Shown here one piece after another: positions 52,015 to 62,402 of a stretch of DNA of 64,000 nt. The DNA lies in assembly GCA_963725865.1 (NCBI GenBank), contig CAVSAC010000010.1:896001-960000 (forward strand), in the 5' to 3' direction. Each line of letters begins with the position of its first letter. Position 1 is the stretch's first letter. The DNA comes from Candidatus Eiseniibacteriota bacterium. Its GTDB lineage: Bacteria; Eisenbacteria; RBG-16-71-46. Made by a program: the position numbers and the translations under genes. The notes under the pieces are model-generated. The model ran no database searches and had not been told where the DNA came from. It worked only from the letters and a program-made list of their open reading frames with translations.

Positions 52015-53314
52015 GGTACTCCCCGGCCGCCAGGGAGGCCGGATCGACGACGTGCACCAGGTCGATCAGCACCTGGCCGGACTTCATCAGGCGGCCGACG
52101 TCGCGGTACTCCTTCGAGGCGTTCGCGACCACGACGACCTCGCTGGAGTCGACGACCTCGCGCACCGAGGTGCGCAGGCGCTCGGGCAGGTACGGCACCT
52201 CGTCCTCGACAAAGCGACGGTTGGCGCCGAGCACCCGCTCCATGTTCACGTTCGGATCGTGCAGCAGCAGCGTGTAGCCCTTGCCGACCAGGCTCCCGAT
52301 GACGCGCAGGATCGGACTCTCGCGCAGGTCGTCGGTCTCGGCCTTGAACGACAGCCCGAGCACGCCGACCTTGCGGCGCTTGAGCTTTTCGATCATCGCG
52401 ATCGCGGCCTCGACGTGCACGTCGTTGGAGCGCATCACCGAGTAGATCACCGGCAGGTCGAGGCCGCGGTGCCGTCCGCGCGCGTTGAGCGCGCGCACGT
52501 CCTTCGGCAGGCAGGAGCCGCCGAACGCGAATCCGGGCTTGAAGTAGTAGGCGCTCAGGTTCAGGCGCGTGTCCTTGCAGAACAGCCGCATGACCTCGTG
52601 GCTGTCCACCCCCTCGCGCTTCGCCCAGCGACCGACCTCGTTCGCGAACGCGACCTTGAGGGCGTGAAAGGTGTTGTTGACGTACTTGAGGGATTCGGCG
52701 GTACGGATCGCGGTCACGACCATCTCGCCGCCGACGTCGCGGTACATGTCGCGCATGGTCTGCGCGCTGCGCGGATCGCCGGCGCCCAGCACGGTGTACT
52801 CGGCCCCGAAGAAGTCGTCCACCGCGGTGCCCTCGCGCAGGAACTCGGGGTTGTAGCCGACACCGAAGTCCACGCCCGCGCGCTTGCCCGAGGACTTCTC
52901 CAGCACCGGGGTGAGTTCGTCCTCGACGCTGCCGGGCAGCATCGTGCTGCGCTGGACGACCACGGTCCAGCGGCCGCTGCGGCCGATCGCGGTGCCCACC
53001 TCGGCGCACGCGCGCTTGACGTGATCGAGGTCGAGGCTGCCGTCCTCGGCGCTCGGAGTGCCGACGCATACGAGCACGATGTCGGCGTCGCTCATCGCCT
53101 CGTCGATGCGGGTGGTCGCGCGCAGGCGACCGGCGCCGCGCGCCTCGCGGATCAGCTCGCCGAGACCGGCTTCCACGATCGGGCTCTCGCCGCGCTCGAT
53201 GCTGTCCACCTTGTAGGTGCTCGTGTCCACACCCGTGACCCGGTGCCCGCGGCTGGCGAGACACGCCGAGCACACCGAACCCACGTAGCCCAGCCCGACC
53301 ACGACGACGTTCAT
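51998..53314 (-). CDS. UDP-glucose/GDP-mannose 6-dehydrogenase
   Basis: VVGLGYVG, CVGTP, NPEFLREG, K..NN.FHA.K..FANE, FGGSCLPKD, LGLSFK..TDDLRESP. Confidence 0.95.
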   Translation of the reverse strand: MNVVVVGLGYVGSVCSACLASRGHRVTGVDTSTYKVDSIERGESPIVEAGLGELIREARGAGRLRATTRIDEAMSDADIVLVCVGTPSAEDGSLDLDHVKRACAEVGTAIGRSGRWTVVVQRSTMLPGSVEDELTPVLEKSSGKRAGVDFGVGYNPEFLREGTAVDDFFGAEYTVLGAGDPRSAQTMRDMYRDVGGEMVVTAIRTAESLKYVNNTFHALKVAFANEVGRWAKREGVDSHEVMRLFCKDTRLNLSAYYFKPGFAFGGSCLPKDVRALNARGRHRGLDLPVIYSVMRSNDVHVEAAIAMIEKLKRRKVGVLGLSFKAETDDLRESPILRVIGSLVGKGYTLLLHDPNVNMERVLGANRRFVEDEVPYLPERLRTSVREVVDSSEVVVVANASKEYRDVGRLMKSGQVLIDLVHVVDPASLAAGEYHGLAW

Positions 53315-53357
53315 GATCATCCTCTCGGCTCGTGCCCGGCGCGACCCCGAGGCGGGG

Positions 53358-54821
53358 TCACGGCAGCGCCGTGCGGAGCCTGACGTGCCACAGACGGACG
53401 CCGCGCAGCGCGATGTGCTCGGCATCCGGGAATTGTGCGTCGAACCGGCGCGCGAACGCGCCGGAGGGATCGAGATCCTCGGGACGACTCTGTACCACCC
53501 ACGCCCCGCCGGCCCCCGCCATCGCCTCGGCCAGCTTCTGGTCGAGACGCGCCGGACGGTCGACGAGCCCGAGCCACACCGGTACGACCCGGAGCGGCCC
53601 ACGATAGTAATACGTCAGCGGGTCATCCGTGTTGATCGAGATGACGCGCTCGTCGGGCAGTGCCCGCCGGCTCAACACCTCCGCCATGCCACGGTAGTCC
53701 TCCTTGGCGTAGCGCGGATCCGCATAGTGATGGAAGAGCGAGAGCGTCCACAACAGCGCCACCGCCAGACCGAGCACCCGTCGGAGTCCCGCCTTGGCAT
53801 CGGCCAGTCCGGCCGCGATCACGAGGAGGAACGCCGGGAACGCGACCATCAGATAGCGCGGATGGAACACCTTGAAATTGGACACCGACATCCAGGTGAC
53901 CAGCAGGACGGGCCCCAACAGCCAGACCAGCGTCTCGCCCAGTCGTCCCCGCCGCGCGATCGCGCGCAGCCCCAGCACGCCGAGCCAGCCGAACAAGAGC
54001 CCGACCACCGCGATGCCCGGGCCATGGCGCATCACGATCGGCAGCGGCGCGCTCGCGCGCAGCTCCGACAGGGAGGGCCCGAGCGTGTAGCCGACGGCGA
54101 ACGCGTGGAGCGCGAACGGGACGGCCGCGGCGTGGAACGTGGTCGCGCCACGCAGCGCGACCTCTTCGGGGGCTGCCCGGTGCGCCGGAGTGAGCCGCGA
54201 CCAGTCCCACGTGCCGATCACCTGGGGCACGAACGGCAGCGCCGCGAGCACCACCACCGCGCACACGCCGGCGAGCAGCTTCAGCCTCTGCGCGCGCTCT
54301 GGCGGCGCCCCCCACCACCAGAGCGCGTGCACGGGAAGCACGAACGCGTACGCCCAGTTCGAGAGCAGGGCGCCGGCCGATGCGAACGCGTACCCGAACG
54401 CCCCGCGCGCCCGCGGTGCGCGCACGACCCCCAGCAGCACGGCGGAGGCGAGCGTGGTGCACAGCAGCAGGAGCGAGTAGTTGCGCGCTTCCTGCGAGTA
54501 CCACACCAGGAACGGCGAGCCCGCGGTCAGCCAGGCGGCGATCGCCGCGGTCTCGCGACCCAGCCAGCGGCGCGCGAGCCACGCCATCGCCGGCACGGTG
54601 GCGATGCCGAACAGCGCCGAGGGCAGCCGCATCGCCCACTCCCCGTCGCCGGCCAGCCGCGTCCAGCCGTAGAGGATCAGGCTGAAGAGCGGCCCGTGGA
54701 GGTCCTCCGTCAGCGCGCGCAACGAGAACGGCTGGCCGATGCTGGCGTTCAGCCAGGTGAGGACCTCGTCGATCCACAGGCTCTGCGACCCCAGGTGGAA
54801 CAGGCGCAGGCCAGCCGCCAC
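53358..54821 (-). CDS. GT39/ArnT-like membrane glycosyltransferase (true start uncertain, probably slightly upstream)
   Basis: LRL..LG.QSLWIDE, HGPLF, RLPSA.FG, YSQEARNY, HPRY motifs. Confidence 0.85.
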   Translation of the reverse strand: MAAGLRLFHLGSQSLWIDEVLTWLNASIGQPFSLRALTEDLHGPLFSLILYGWTRLAGDGEWAMRLPSALFGIATVPAMAWLARRWLGRETAAIAAWLTAGSPFLVWYSQEARNYSLLLLCTTLASAVLLGVVRAPRARGAFGYAFASAGALLSNWAYAFVLPVHALWWWGAPPERAQRLKLLAGVCAVVVLAALPFVPQVIGTWDWSRLTPAHRAAPEEVALRGATTFHAAAVPFALHAFAVGYTLGPSLSELRASAPLPIVMRHGPGIAVVGLLFGWLGVLGLRAIARRGRLGETLVWLLGPVLLVTWMSVSNFKVFHPRYLMVAFPAFLLVIAAGLADAKAGLRRVLGLAVALLWTLSLFHHYADPRYAKEDYRGMAEVLSRRALPDERVISINTDDPLTYYYRGPLRVVPVWLGLVDRPARLDQKLAEAMAGAGGAWVVQSRPEDLDPSGAFARRFDAQFPDAEHIALRGVRLWHVRLRTALP

Positions 54822-54936
54822 GAGCGTGGCGGCGACGAGGTGGAAGGCGAGGGCCGAATCGGGGGCGGAGGGAGGGAACGACGGAACGCGGTCCGGCCGG
54901 GCGTCCGGGCGGTGGTGTGGCGTCGCGGGTCTCCGA

Positions 54937-55893
54937 CTAGTACGCGCCCTCGCGCGAGAGGACGGCGGGGATGGTCCGGAGCAGGATCTTGACGTCCATC
55001 GCGAGCGACCGGTTCCGGATGTATTCGAGGTCGAGGCGCATCCACTCCTGGAATCCGATGCGACTGCGACCGCTGATCTGCCACAGGCAGGTGATGCCGG
55101 GCGCGATGTCGAGGCGGTGCATCTGCCACGGCTCGTACTTCGCGACCTCGTCGGGGATCGGCGGTCGCGGGCCCACCAGGCTCATCTCGCCCCGCAGCAC
55201 GTTGATGAACTGCGGGATCTCGTCGATCGAGCTGCGGCGGAGGAACCGTCCGACGCGGGTCACCCGCGGATCCCGGCTGATCTTGAACACCGGACCGTCG
55301 CACTCGTTGAGGTGCGCGACGTGATGCCGCATCTGGTCGGCGTCGTTCACCATCGAGCGCAACTTGAAGAAGGTGAATGCGCGCCCGTTGCGGCCGATGC
55401 GCGTCGAGCGGTAGACCACCGGCCCGCGCGACTCCAGCTTGATCATGATCGCGGCGAGCAGGAGCAATGGCGCGGCGAGGACCAACGCGACCAGCGCGCC
55501 AACCAGGTCGACGATGCGCTTGCCGGCTCGCAGGTAGAACCCCTCCGCCGGCGCGCGGACGGGGCTCGCCTGTTCGAGCGCTCCGGACGCCCCGAGCAGC
55601 GCGATCCCGGCCCGCGAATGGCCATTGACGTGACCGTTCGCCAGGCCGTTCGAGTGGCCATTGAGGTGTCCGGTGCGGTGAGGAAGGCTGGCCGCATGGC
55701 CGTTCGAATAGCCGTGAACGTGCCCGTTGGCGGCCGGGAGTATCGGCGGGGTGGTGACGGATACGCAGTCGGAGGAAGCGCTCGCGGTCATGGTCTCCAC
55801 GGGACGGTTCCGGACCGAATGGTCCGTGCCTGGGGCCTGGTCAGGGCCACCGGACGTGCGCTCACTGGGCTTCGCGAGGATGTCGGGCTGCAT
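54937..55893 (-). CDS. Priming sugar transferase (WcaJ/WbaP-type catalytic domain) with low-complexity N-terminus
   Basis: KR..D, single TM, GP..Y...[50 protein letters not shown]. Confidence 0.93.
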   Translation of the reverse strand: MQPDILAKPSERTSGGPDQAPGTDHSVRNRPVETMTASASSDCVSVTTPPILPAANGHVHGYSNGHAASLPHRTGHLNGHSNGLANGHVNGHSRAGIALLGASGALEQASPVRAPAEGFYLRAGKRIVDLVGALVALVLAAPLLLLAAIMIKLESRGPVVYRSTRIGRNGRAFTFFKLRSMVNDADQMRHHVAHLNECDGPVFKISRDPRVTRVGRFLRRSSIDEIPQFINVLRGEMSLVGPRPPIPDEVAKYEPWQMHRLDIAPGITCLWQISGRSRIGFQEWMRLDLEYIRNRSLAMDVKILLRTIPAVLSREGAY

Positions 55894-55919
55894 GAAGTCG
55901 ATCTCTGATGTGTCGCCCG

Positions 55920-55957
55920 AAAAAAAACGCCGACGGGAACAGTCCGATCCCCTCGGC
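55920..55957 (-). terminator. Intrinsic terminator just upstream of the priming transferase start codon
   Basis: GCCGAGGGGA-loop8-UUCCC(G)UCGGC followed by G and U8. Confidence 0.7.
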
Positions 55958-56190
55958 TCAAAGCTCTCGCTTCATCCGTTCGAACTGGGTCGAGGACTTG
56001 TCGAGCACGAGCGACGGGGGAAACAGCAAGATGTCGATCCTCGGATGCTGACCCCGGCTTCCTGCCGGGTGGCCGACCCCGCCCACGCACGAGTGGGATC
56101 GGTCTGCTTGGCTCGTCTGTACTGCAAACCCAGTTAGCAAAGTCCCAGAGGCGCTTCCTCCCGCGGGTGGTGAGCACTGCTGCGTCCGAC
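55958..56190 (-). ncRNA. Candidate structured leader or small RNA
   Basis: Between a promoter and a terminator; nested pairings 56128-56135/55983-55990 and 56111-56116/56007-56012; hairpins at 56053-56069 and 56073-56101. Confidence 0.4.
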
Positions 56191-56197
56191 TGGCAAG

Positions 56198-56227
56198 ACA
56201 TTAGCAAAAGCCTGACAGCCGAATCAA
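56198..56227 (-). promoter_or_regulatory. sigma70-type promoter for the leader/polysaccharide operon
   Basis: TTGATT-N18-TAATGT with extended TG. Confidence 0.5.
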
Positions 56228-56421
56228 GCACGACATGACCTCCGGGAGGGAATTGACTGGGAGTCGAATCCCCCCAGGCGAGGCAGCCATGGAGGATCGA
56301 GACCGCTCCCGGGCATACCCCGCTCGGCCCCCCTCCGCTCCGTGCTAGACTCCCGCCATCCATGCCGCCCTCGCACCGGGGTCCGCCCGGTCGAGCCCGC
56401 TGCCATCCGGAGGATTCCCTG

Positions 56422-57186
56422 GTGACGATCTGGCTCGCCCTGCCGGCCTACAACGAGGAGCGCTCCCTTCCCGCCCTGCTGGAACGCTGCATCCCCGTGG
56501 CGAAGGCCCTGGAAGCCAAAGGGCTGCGCCTCTCGGTGATCGTCGTGGACGACGGCAGCAAGGATGGGACCATCGCCGCGGCACGATCGTTCGAGGGTCG
56601 GCTCCCGGTCGAGGTGGTCCCCCACGTGGTCAACCAGGGGCTCGGCGCGGCGCTGCGGACCTGCCTGAAGTCCGCGCTCGAGCGCGCCCGGGACGGGGAC
56701 GCCATCGCCACCATGGACGCCGACAACACCCACGATCCGGCGTTGCTGGTCGAGATGCACCGGCGCCTGGTCGACACCCCGGCCGACCTCGTGATCGCCT
56801 CGCGCTACGTCGAGGGCGGCGAGGAAGTGGGCCTCACGCCGCTGCGCCAGGTGCTCTCGCGCGGCGCGTCCTTCCTGCTCACGCTGGTGGCGCCGGTGGC
56901 GGGCGCGCGCGATTACACGTGCGGCTACCGGCTCTATCGCGAGTCGCTGCTGCGCAGCGCCGCGCGGGCCTGGGGCGACCGGCTGGTCGAGGAGGCGGGC
57001 TTCACCTGCATGGCCGAGGTGCTGCTGAAACTCGGGCGCGGCGGCGCGAAGGTGACCGAGGCCCCCCTGGTGCTGCGCTACGACCTCAAGGAGGGCGCGA
57101 GCAAGATGAAGATCATGCGCACCATCACCCGCTATTTCGCGCTGGCCCAGCGCATCCGCTCGGGACCACTGCCGAAGGTGGCCTGA
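56422..57186 (+). CDS. Polyprenol-phosphate glycosyltransferase (DPM1-like GT2)
   Basis: LPAYNEE, VVDDGSKDGT, N.GLG.A, MDADNTH.P, ASRY..GG, DYTCGYR.Y; GTG after GGAGG. Confidence 0.9.
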   Translation: MTIWLALPAYNEERSLPALLERCIPVAKALEAKGLRLSVIVVDDGSKDGTIAAARSFEGRLPVEVVPHVVNQGLGAALRTCLKSALERARDGDAIATMDADNTHDPALLVEMHRRLVDTPADLVIASRYVEGGEEVGLTPLRQVLSRGASFLLTLVAPVAGARDYTCGYRLYRESLLRSAARAWGDRLVEEAGFTCMAEVLLKLGRGGAKVTEAPLVLRYDLKEGASKMKIMRTITRYFALAQRIRSGPLPKVA

Positions 57187-57383
57187 ACACGGCGCGGGAG
57201 TCCGGCTGGAGTTCGCCGGCGATGCAGCTCGCACGGGCGTCCAGATTCTGCAACGCGTTGTGGCCCAACCGACTCTTGCCACGGCTCCCAACGCGCTGAT
57301 AACATTTTCGTGCCCCTGACAGCGGCCGCCCCGGGACCCCGGGGAGGCGGATCTCGTCTCACCCCGGAAGCCAACCCCTCCCC

Positions 57384-58058
57384 ATGCACCGAAACCTCAA
57401 GCTGAGCGTCGTCATCCCCTGCTACAACGAGGAAGATGGTGTCCGTCTGGTCATCGATCGGACCCCCAAGATCGTCGACGAGATCGTGGTGGTGGACAAC
57501 AACTGCACCGATCGCACCGCCGAAGTCGCGCGCTCGCTGGGCGCGGTGGTGGTGGCGGAGAAGACTCCGGGGTACGGCGCCGCCTACAAGCGCGGACTGA
57601 AGGCCGCCACCGGCGACGTCGTCATCACGTTCGACGGCGACGGCACCTATCCGCCCGAGGACATCGCGCGACTGGTGGACGAGCTGGTGGACAAGGGGTG
57701 GGATTTCCTGTCGGCGTCGCGATTCCCGCTCGTCGACCCGAAGTCGATGCCGTTCACGAACCGGCTCGGGAACTGGGTGCTCACGATCGCGGCCGCGGTG
57801 CTGTTCTTCAAGCCCATCCGCGACAGCCAGTCGGGCATGTGGGTGTTCAAGCGCTCGATGCTGGACCGCATGAAGCTCACCTCGGACGGGATGGCGTTCA
57901 GCGAGGAGATCAAGCTCGAGGCGCTGCTGCGGGGGCTCAAGTTCGGTGAGGGTCACATCCCCTACGGCGCGCGCATCGGCGACGTGAAGCTCGAGAAGTG
58001 GAAGGACGGCTGGGAGAACCTCGCCTTCCTGGTCCGGAAGCGTTTCGGAGCGGTATGA
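57384..58058 (+). CDS. Polyprenol-phosphate glycosyltransferase (DPM1-like GT2)
   Basis: VVIPCYNEE, VVDNNCTDRT, GYG.A, DGDGTYP, DSQSGMW, R.G..KL..W.DG. Confidence 0.9.
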   Translation: MHRNLKLSVVIPCYNEEDGVRLVIDRTPKIVDEIVVVDNNCTDRTAEVARSLGAVVVAEKTPGYGAAYKRGLKAATGDVVITFDGDGTYPPEDIARLVDELVDKGWDFLSASRFPLVDPKSMPFTNRLGNWVLTIAAAVLFFKPIRDSQSGMWVFKRSMLDRMKLTSDGMAFSEEIKLEALLRGLKFGEGHIPYGARIGDVKLEKWKDGWENLAFLVRKRFGAV

Positions 58059-59498
58059 GGCCATCGGTGCTGCCCGCGGGCTCGACGGGCCGCGAGCGCC
58101 GTAGTCCGGTGAACCTGATCCTGGGTGTGGTGCTCGTGGTCGGCGCGGGCATCATGCTCGGCATGCAGTACCTCTCGCCGGACCCGCGCGTGATCGGCGT
58201 GCTGGTCGCGATGCTCGTGTTCGGCATCGCATGGCGGCTCGACATGCTGGCCGGCATCGGCCTGCTGGTCATGACGCTCCCCTATCCGCGTGGGACGACG
58301 TTCGGCAGCACGAATCTGGCCCTGATCCTCCTGCTGCTCGTGATCTGGTTGCTGCGGGTCAGCCAGCACCAGAGCTCCGGCCCCGCGTCGCACGCCGCTC
58401 GATCCACCGATCGTGGTCTTCGTGATCGCCTGGATCGGCTCCTTCTACAACATCCGAATCGCCGCGGACGTCCCGTTCGCGCTCCAGAATACCGAGTTGC
58501 TGGTGGCGGGCCTCATGCTGTTCTACCTGGTCGTCAGCAACGTGCGCACCGAGGCCGAGCTGCGGCGCCTGCACGGGATCCAACTCCTGTCGCTCACCAC
58601 GATCTGCCTGATCGGCCTCTACGAACTGACTCATCCCGGTGGGCATCTGATCCCGGGCTGGATCGAGTTCGGGAGCACGGCAGAGGAATTCGGTAAGCAC
58701 AACGTCCGCGTGGGCGGGCCCTTCTTCGACTACGAGCTGCTGGCCGAGTTCGCGGCGATCAGCCTGCTGCTGGTCGCATTCTGGCTGGTCCGCGCCCGCT
58801 CGGGGAACCAACGGCTGGTGATGGGTGGCCTGTTCCTGGTGGTGGTGTTCATCCTGTTCACCACGGTCACCCGGGGCGCCATGATCTCGCTCGCCGTCGC
58901 ACTGCTCTACCTCGCTTGGATGTTGCGGCGCCAGATCAGGCTGGTGCCCTTCACGCTGCTCGTCTCCGCCATCGTCGCCGGCTTCATCGCCATGAACTTC
59001 TACGTCTCCCACTACACGCGCTCGGGTGACATCCTGGCCCGGCTCATGGGCACCGAGATCAAGGGGTTCGTGCCGGACAGCCGCACGGCGGCGTGGAAGG
59101 ACGGCTGGGACCGGTGGATGTTGAGCCCGCTGCTGGGCCACGGACCGTACTACTCCCCACAGGTCGGCACCCACTTCTACTACTGGCCGCACAACGGCTA
59201 CCTGCTCGTCGCCAACTACGTCGGCGCGGTCGGCCTCGCGGCATTCGGTTGGATCCTGTTCACCCTCTTTCGGATCACGCGACCCCTCGTCGCCCGGCTC
59301 GACGACCCCAGCTACGCGCGATCCTACCTGGTCATCGCGAATACCCAGCTGCTGCTGTTCGCGGTCGACCAGACCAAGATCGACTTCTTGCGGAATCCGA
59401 TCTACCAGTTCCAGGTGTGGCTGCTGTTCGCGACGTGGGCGGCCGGCGCGATGGTGGCGCGGTCCGAGCACGAACGCGCGACCGCGGGAGCGTCGTGA
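58055..59498 (+). CDS. O-antigen ligase/Wzy-like membrane protein; frameshift at ~58380
   Basis: About 12 TM segments; R.GGPF, T.TRGA, R...W......PLLGHG, PHNGYL...G.VGL. Confidence 0.8.
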
Positions 59499-60854
59499 TC
59501 CCGCGCGCGGCGCTGAAGCGTCTCACGACCCCGATCAAGCGCACTCCATTCGGCGAGAGCCTCGTCCGCCGCAATCCGCTCTGGTACCCGCCGGCGGTGC
59601 GTCGCTTCCGGCGGCTCGCGGCTTCGTCGTCTGCCGAACGCCGGAGCTGGGATGCGCGGGCACTCGCGCGGTCGCTCGCGCTGGCGGCGACGACGCCGTA
59701 CGGCCGCCGGGTGGAAGGCGGGACGACGCTCGAGTCGTGGCCGCTGCTCGCGCCCGCCACGCTGCGCGAGGCGCCTCACGAGGTGCTGCGAGCATCGCGC
59801 TGGGCGCTCCCGGCGGCGACCGGCGGCACCACCGGCGTCCCGCTGCCGCTGCTGCGCTCGCCGCGCTCGATCGCGGTCGAGCAGGCCGCCATCGACCACC
59901 TGCTCCGCGCGAGCGGCGTGGAGCCGGCCCGCGCGCGCGTCTGCGTCCTGCGCGGCGACGACGTGAAGGACCCCGCCGACCGCACGCCGCCGTTCTGGAT
60001 CGACGCCCACGCGGGGCGCCGGCGCATCTTCTCGTCGAACCACCTCGCGTGCGGACACCGTCGCTGCGTACGTCGACGCGCTGGTCTCGTTCCGGGCCGA
60101 CTACTGGTGGGTGTACCCGAGCGCGCTCGAGTCGCTGCTGCGCCGGATGGCGGCCGCCGGCCTCGGCGCGCAGGTCCCGCTCGTGCTGTCCTCCTCCGAG
60201 GTGCTGCCGACGGCCGTGAACGAGGCCGCGCACCGCGCGCTCGGGTGCGCGGTGATCGACTACTACGGGCAGGCGGAACGCGTGGCGTTCGCCTGGTGCG
60301 AGTCCCCGGGCACGTGGCGATTCCTGCCGGGCTACGCGCACGTCGAGCTGACCCCGCGCGCGGAGATCGGACCGGGAGCGCACTTCGAGGTCGTCGGCAC
60401 CCCGTTCTGGAACTCGGCCATGCCGCTGGTGCGCTATCGCACCGGCGACTTGATCCGCTTCGAGGCTCCGCCGCCGCCGGCGGAGCTCGAGGAGATCGCG
60501 CTCGGCGTGCGGACCTTCCCGGGCATCCTCGGCCGCGATGGCGACGTGCTGGTCGCGCCGGATGGCACGGTGCTGACCGGGATCGATCACTTCCACCGCG
60601 GGGTCGACCGCGTGACCCGCATCCAGGTGGTGCACGAGCGGGCCGACCGCGTGCTGGTGCGGGTGCTGCCCGCACCCGGCTTCGGCGAGGCCGAGCGGGC
60701 CGCGATCGCCGCCAACGCCCGGCGCAAGCTGCCGCCCTCGATGTCGGTCGAGGTCCAGGTCGTCGACGCGCTCGAGCGCACCGCGCTCGGCAAGACGCCG
60801 TTCATCGTCCGGCGCCCCGGCGTGACCGGCCCGCCTCGGAGCGAGGCACGATGA
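59495..60854 (+). CDS. Phenylacetate-CoA ligase-like adenylating enzyme (CapK-type); frameshift at ~60050
   Basis: TGGTTG.P, YPS, SSE.L, D.YGQAE, N.AMPL.RY.TGD, I.GR..D, GK..FI. Confidence 0.8.
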
Positions 60855-61873
60855 CCGCGGTGCGTCCCTATCAGGAGCCGGACCGCGCGCGGTGGGATGC
60901 GTACGTGAGCACGGCGCCGGGTGCCCACTTCGCGCAGCGCGCCGCGTGGCGCGCGGTGACCCAGCGGGGCTATGGCGCGCGGCCGCGCTGGTGGCTCGCC
61001 GAGCGCGATGGCCGCGTCACCGGCGTGCTGCCGCTGTTCGAGGCGCGCGGGCTCACCGGCGAGCGCCGGCTGTTCTCCTCGCCCGGCGGGCTGCTCGCCG
61101 ACGACGAGGCGACCGCCGCCGCGCTGCTGGTGCCTGCGCGCGAGGTGGTGGCGCGCGAGCGGATGGCGCTGCTCGAGCTGCGCGACCAGCGCCGGCGCTG
61201 GGACGGGCTCGTCACCATCGACGAGCACGTCACCATGGAGCTGGAGCTGCCGCGCGACGCCGAGACCCTGTGGAAGGCGTTCGACGCCAAGCTGCGCAAC
61301 CAGATCCGCAAGGGTCAGAAGAGCGGCTTCGCGGTCCGCTGGGGGCACGACGCGCCCACGTTCCACCGCGTGCTGCTCGAGAACATGCGCGACCTCGGCA
61401 CCCCGATCCTCGGCCCCGCGTACTACCGGAGCGTGCTCGAGGGCTACGGGGACGACGCGAGCGTGCTGATCGTCGCGGCCGGCGACCAGCCCGCCGGGAC
61501 CATGCTCGTCGTCGAGCATGCCGGCGTGGCTGCCGATCCGTGGGCGTCGTCGCTGCGCCGCTTCTTCGCGCTCTGCCCCAACCAGATCGTGTACTGGGAG
61601 GCAATCCAGCGCGCGATCGCGCGCGGCATGCGGCGATTCGACTTCGGGCGCAGCCAGCGGGACTCCGGCACCTACCGGTTCAAGGAGCAGTGGCTCGCGC
61701 GCCCGGTTCCGCTGTACTACCAGTACGTCTTCGGGACCGCGCCCGGGGCGCCGACCCTCGAGGATCAGAAGCACGCGTTCGCGCTGGCGGTGCGGCTCTG
61801 GCAGCATCTGCCGGTGTCGGTCGCCGGGGTCCTCGGCCGCGGCGTGAAGCGGCTGTTCCCCGAGGCACTGTGA
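60851..61873 (+). CDS. FemAB-related GNAT protein of polysaccharide loci
   Basis: [32 protein letters not shown]...YW, FDFGRS...SGTY.FK.QW. Confidence 0.88.
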   Translation: MTAVRPYQEPDRARWDAYVSTAPGAHFAQRAAWRAVTQRGYGARPRWWLAERDGRVTGVLPLFEARGLTGERRLFSSPGGLLADDEATAAALLVPAREVVARERMALLELRDQRRRWDGLVTIDEHVTMELELPRDAETLWKAFDAKLRNQIRKGQKSGFAVRWGHDAPTFHRVLLENMRDLGTPILGPAYYRSVLEGYGDDASVLIVAAGDQPAGTMLVVEHAGVAADPWASSLRRFFALCPNQIVYWEAIQRAIARGMRRFDFGRSQRDSGTYRFKEQWLARPVPLYYQYVFGTAPGAPTLEDQKHAFALAVRLWQHLPVSVAGVLGRGVKRLFPEAL

Positions 61874-61901
61874 CCGCGCCCGCGCGCCCGGAGGCCGAGG
61901 C

Positions 61902-62402
61902 ATGAGGATCACGTCCCGCACCGATCGCCGTGAGTACGAGCAGCGCATCGCGCCGCGCGGCCTGCCGCGCCTGTTCTGGCAGAAGGCCGTTCACATCCTC
62001 GCCCGCTTCTGCATCCCGGGCGGACTGCGCATGGCGCTCTACCGCTGGATGGGCGTCGCGATGGGCCGGCACGTCTACGTCGGCATGGAGACCTGGCTCG
62101 ACGACCAGTTCCCCGAGCTGATCCAGATCGAGGACGACGTCGTCATCTCGTTCCGGGTCACCGTCGTGGTGCACGACGACGCCCGCCGCATGGACCGCAT
62201 CGAGCCCGGGCAGCTCGAGGGCACGGTGGCGCCGGTGATCCTGAGGCGCGGGTGCTACCTCGGCGCCGGCGCGCTGGTGCTTCCCGGCGTCACGGTGGGC
62301 GAGCGCGCGGTGGTCGCCGCCGGCGCGGTGGTGACCCGCGACGTCCCGCCGCGCACCGTGGTCGGCGGGGTGCCTGCGCGCGTCCTCAAGGAGCTCGGGT
62401 GA
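61902..62402 (+). CDS. Hexapeptide-repeat acyltransferase
   Basis: [43 protein letters not shown]. Confidence 0.9.
   Translation: MRITSRTDRREYEQRIAPRGLPRLFWQKAVHILARFCIPGGLRMALYRWMGVAMGRHVYVGMETWLDDQFPELIQIEDDVVISFRVTVVVHDDARRMDRIEPGQLEGTVAPVILRRGCYLGAGALVLPGVTVGERAVVAAGAVVTRDVPPRTVVGGVPARVLKELG

Noticed and set aside
55958..56140. 60-aa TTG ORF ending right at the terminator (possible leader peptide)
   Set aside because: No well-spaced RBS, atypical codon usage and no recognisable motif; kept only as an alternative explanation for the leader
55958..56190. Match of the leader to known RNAs (c-di-GMP, c-di-AMP, cobalamin, SAM, SRP, RNase P, tmRNA)
   Set aside because: Only short fragments resemble these consensus motifs, and order and length do not fit; a covariance search is needed
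56191..56206. sigma54-like TGGCA-N-TAGCA (GG-N10-GC) on the plus strand
   Set aside because: Imperfect -12 element, overlaps a better minus-strand sigma70 promoter, and the plus-strand gene has its own TGnTAGACT at 56343-56351; not fully excluded
59093..61873. 926-aa apparent ligase-FemAB fusion ORF
   Set aside because: Artefact of the frameshift at ~60050; two separate genes with an ATGA overlap at 60851-60854
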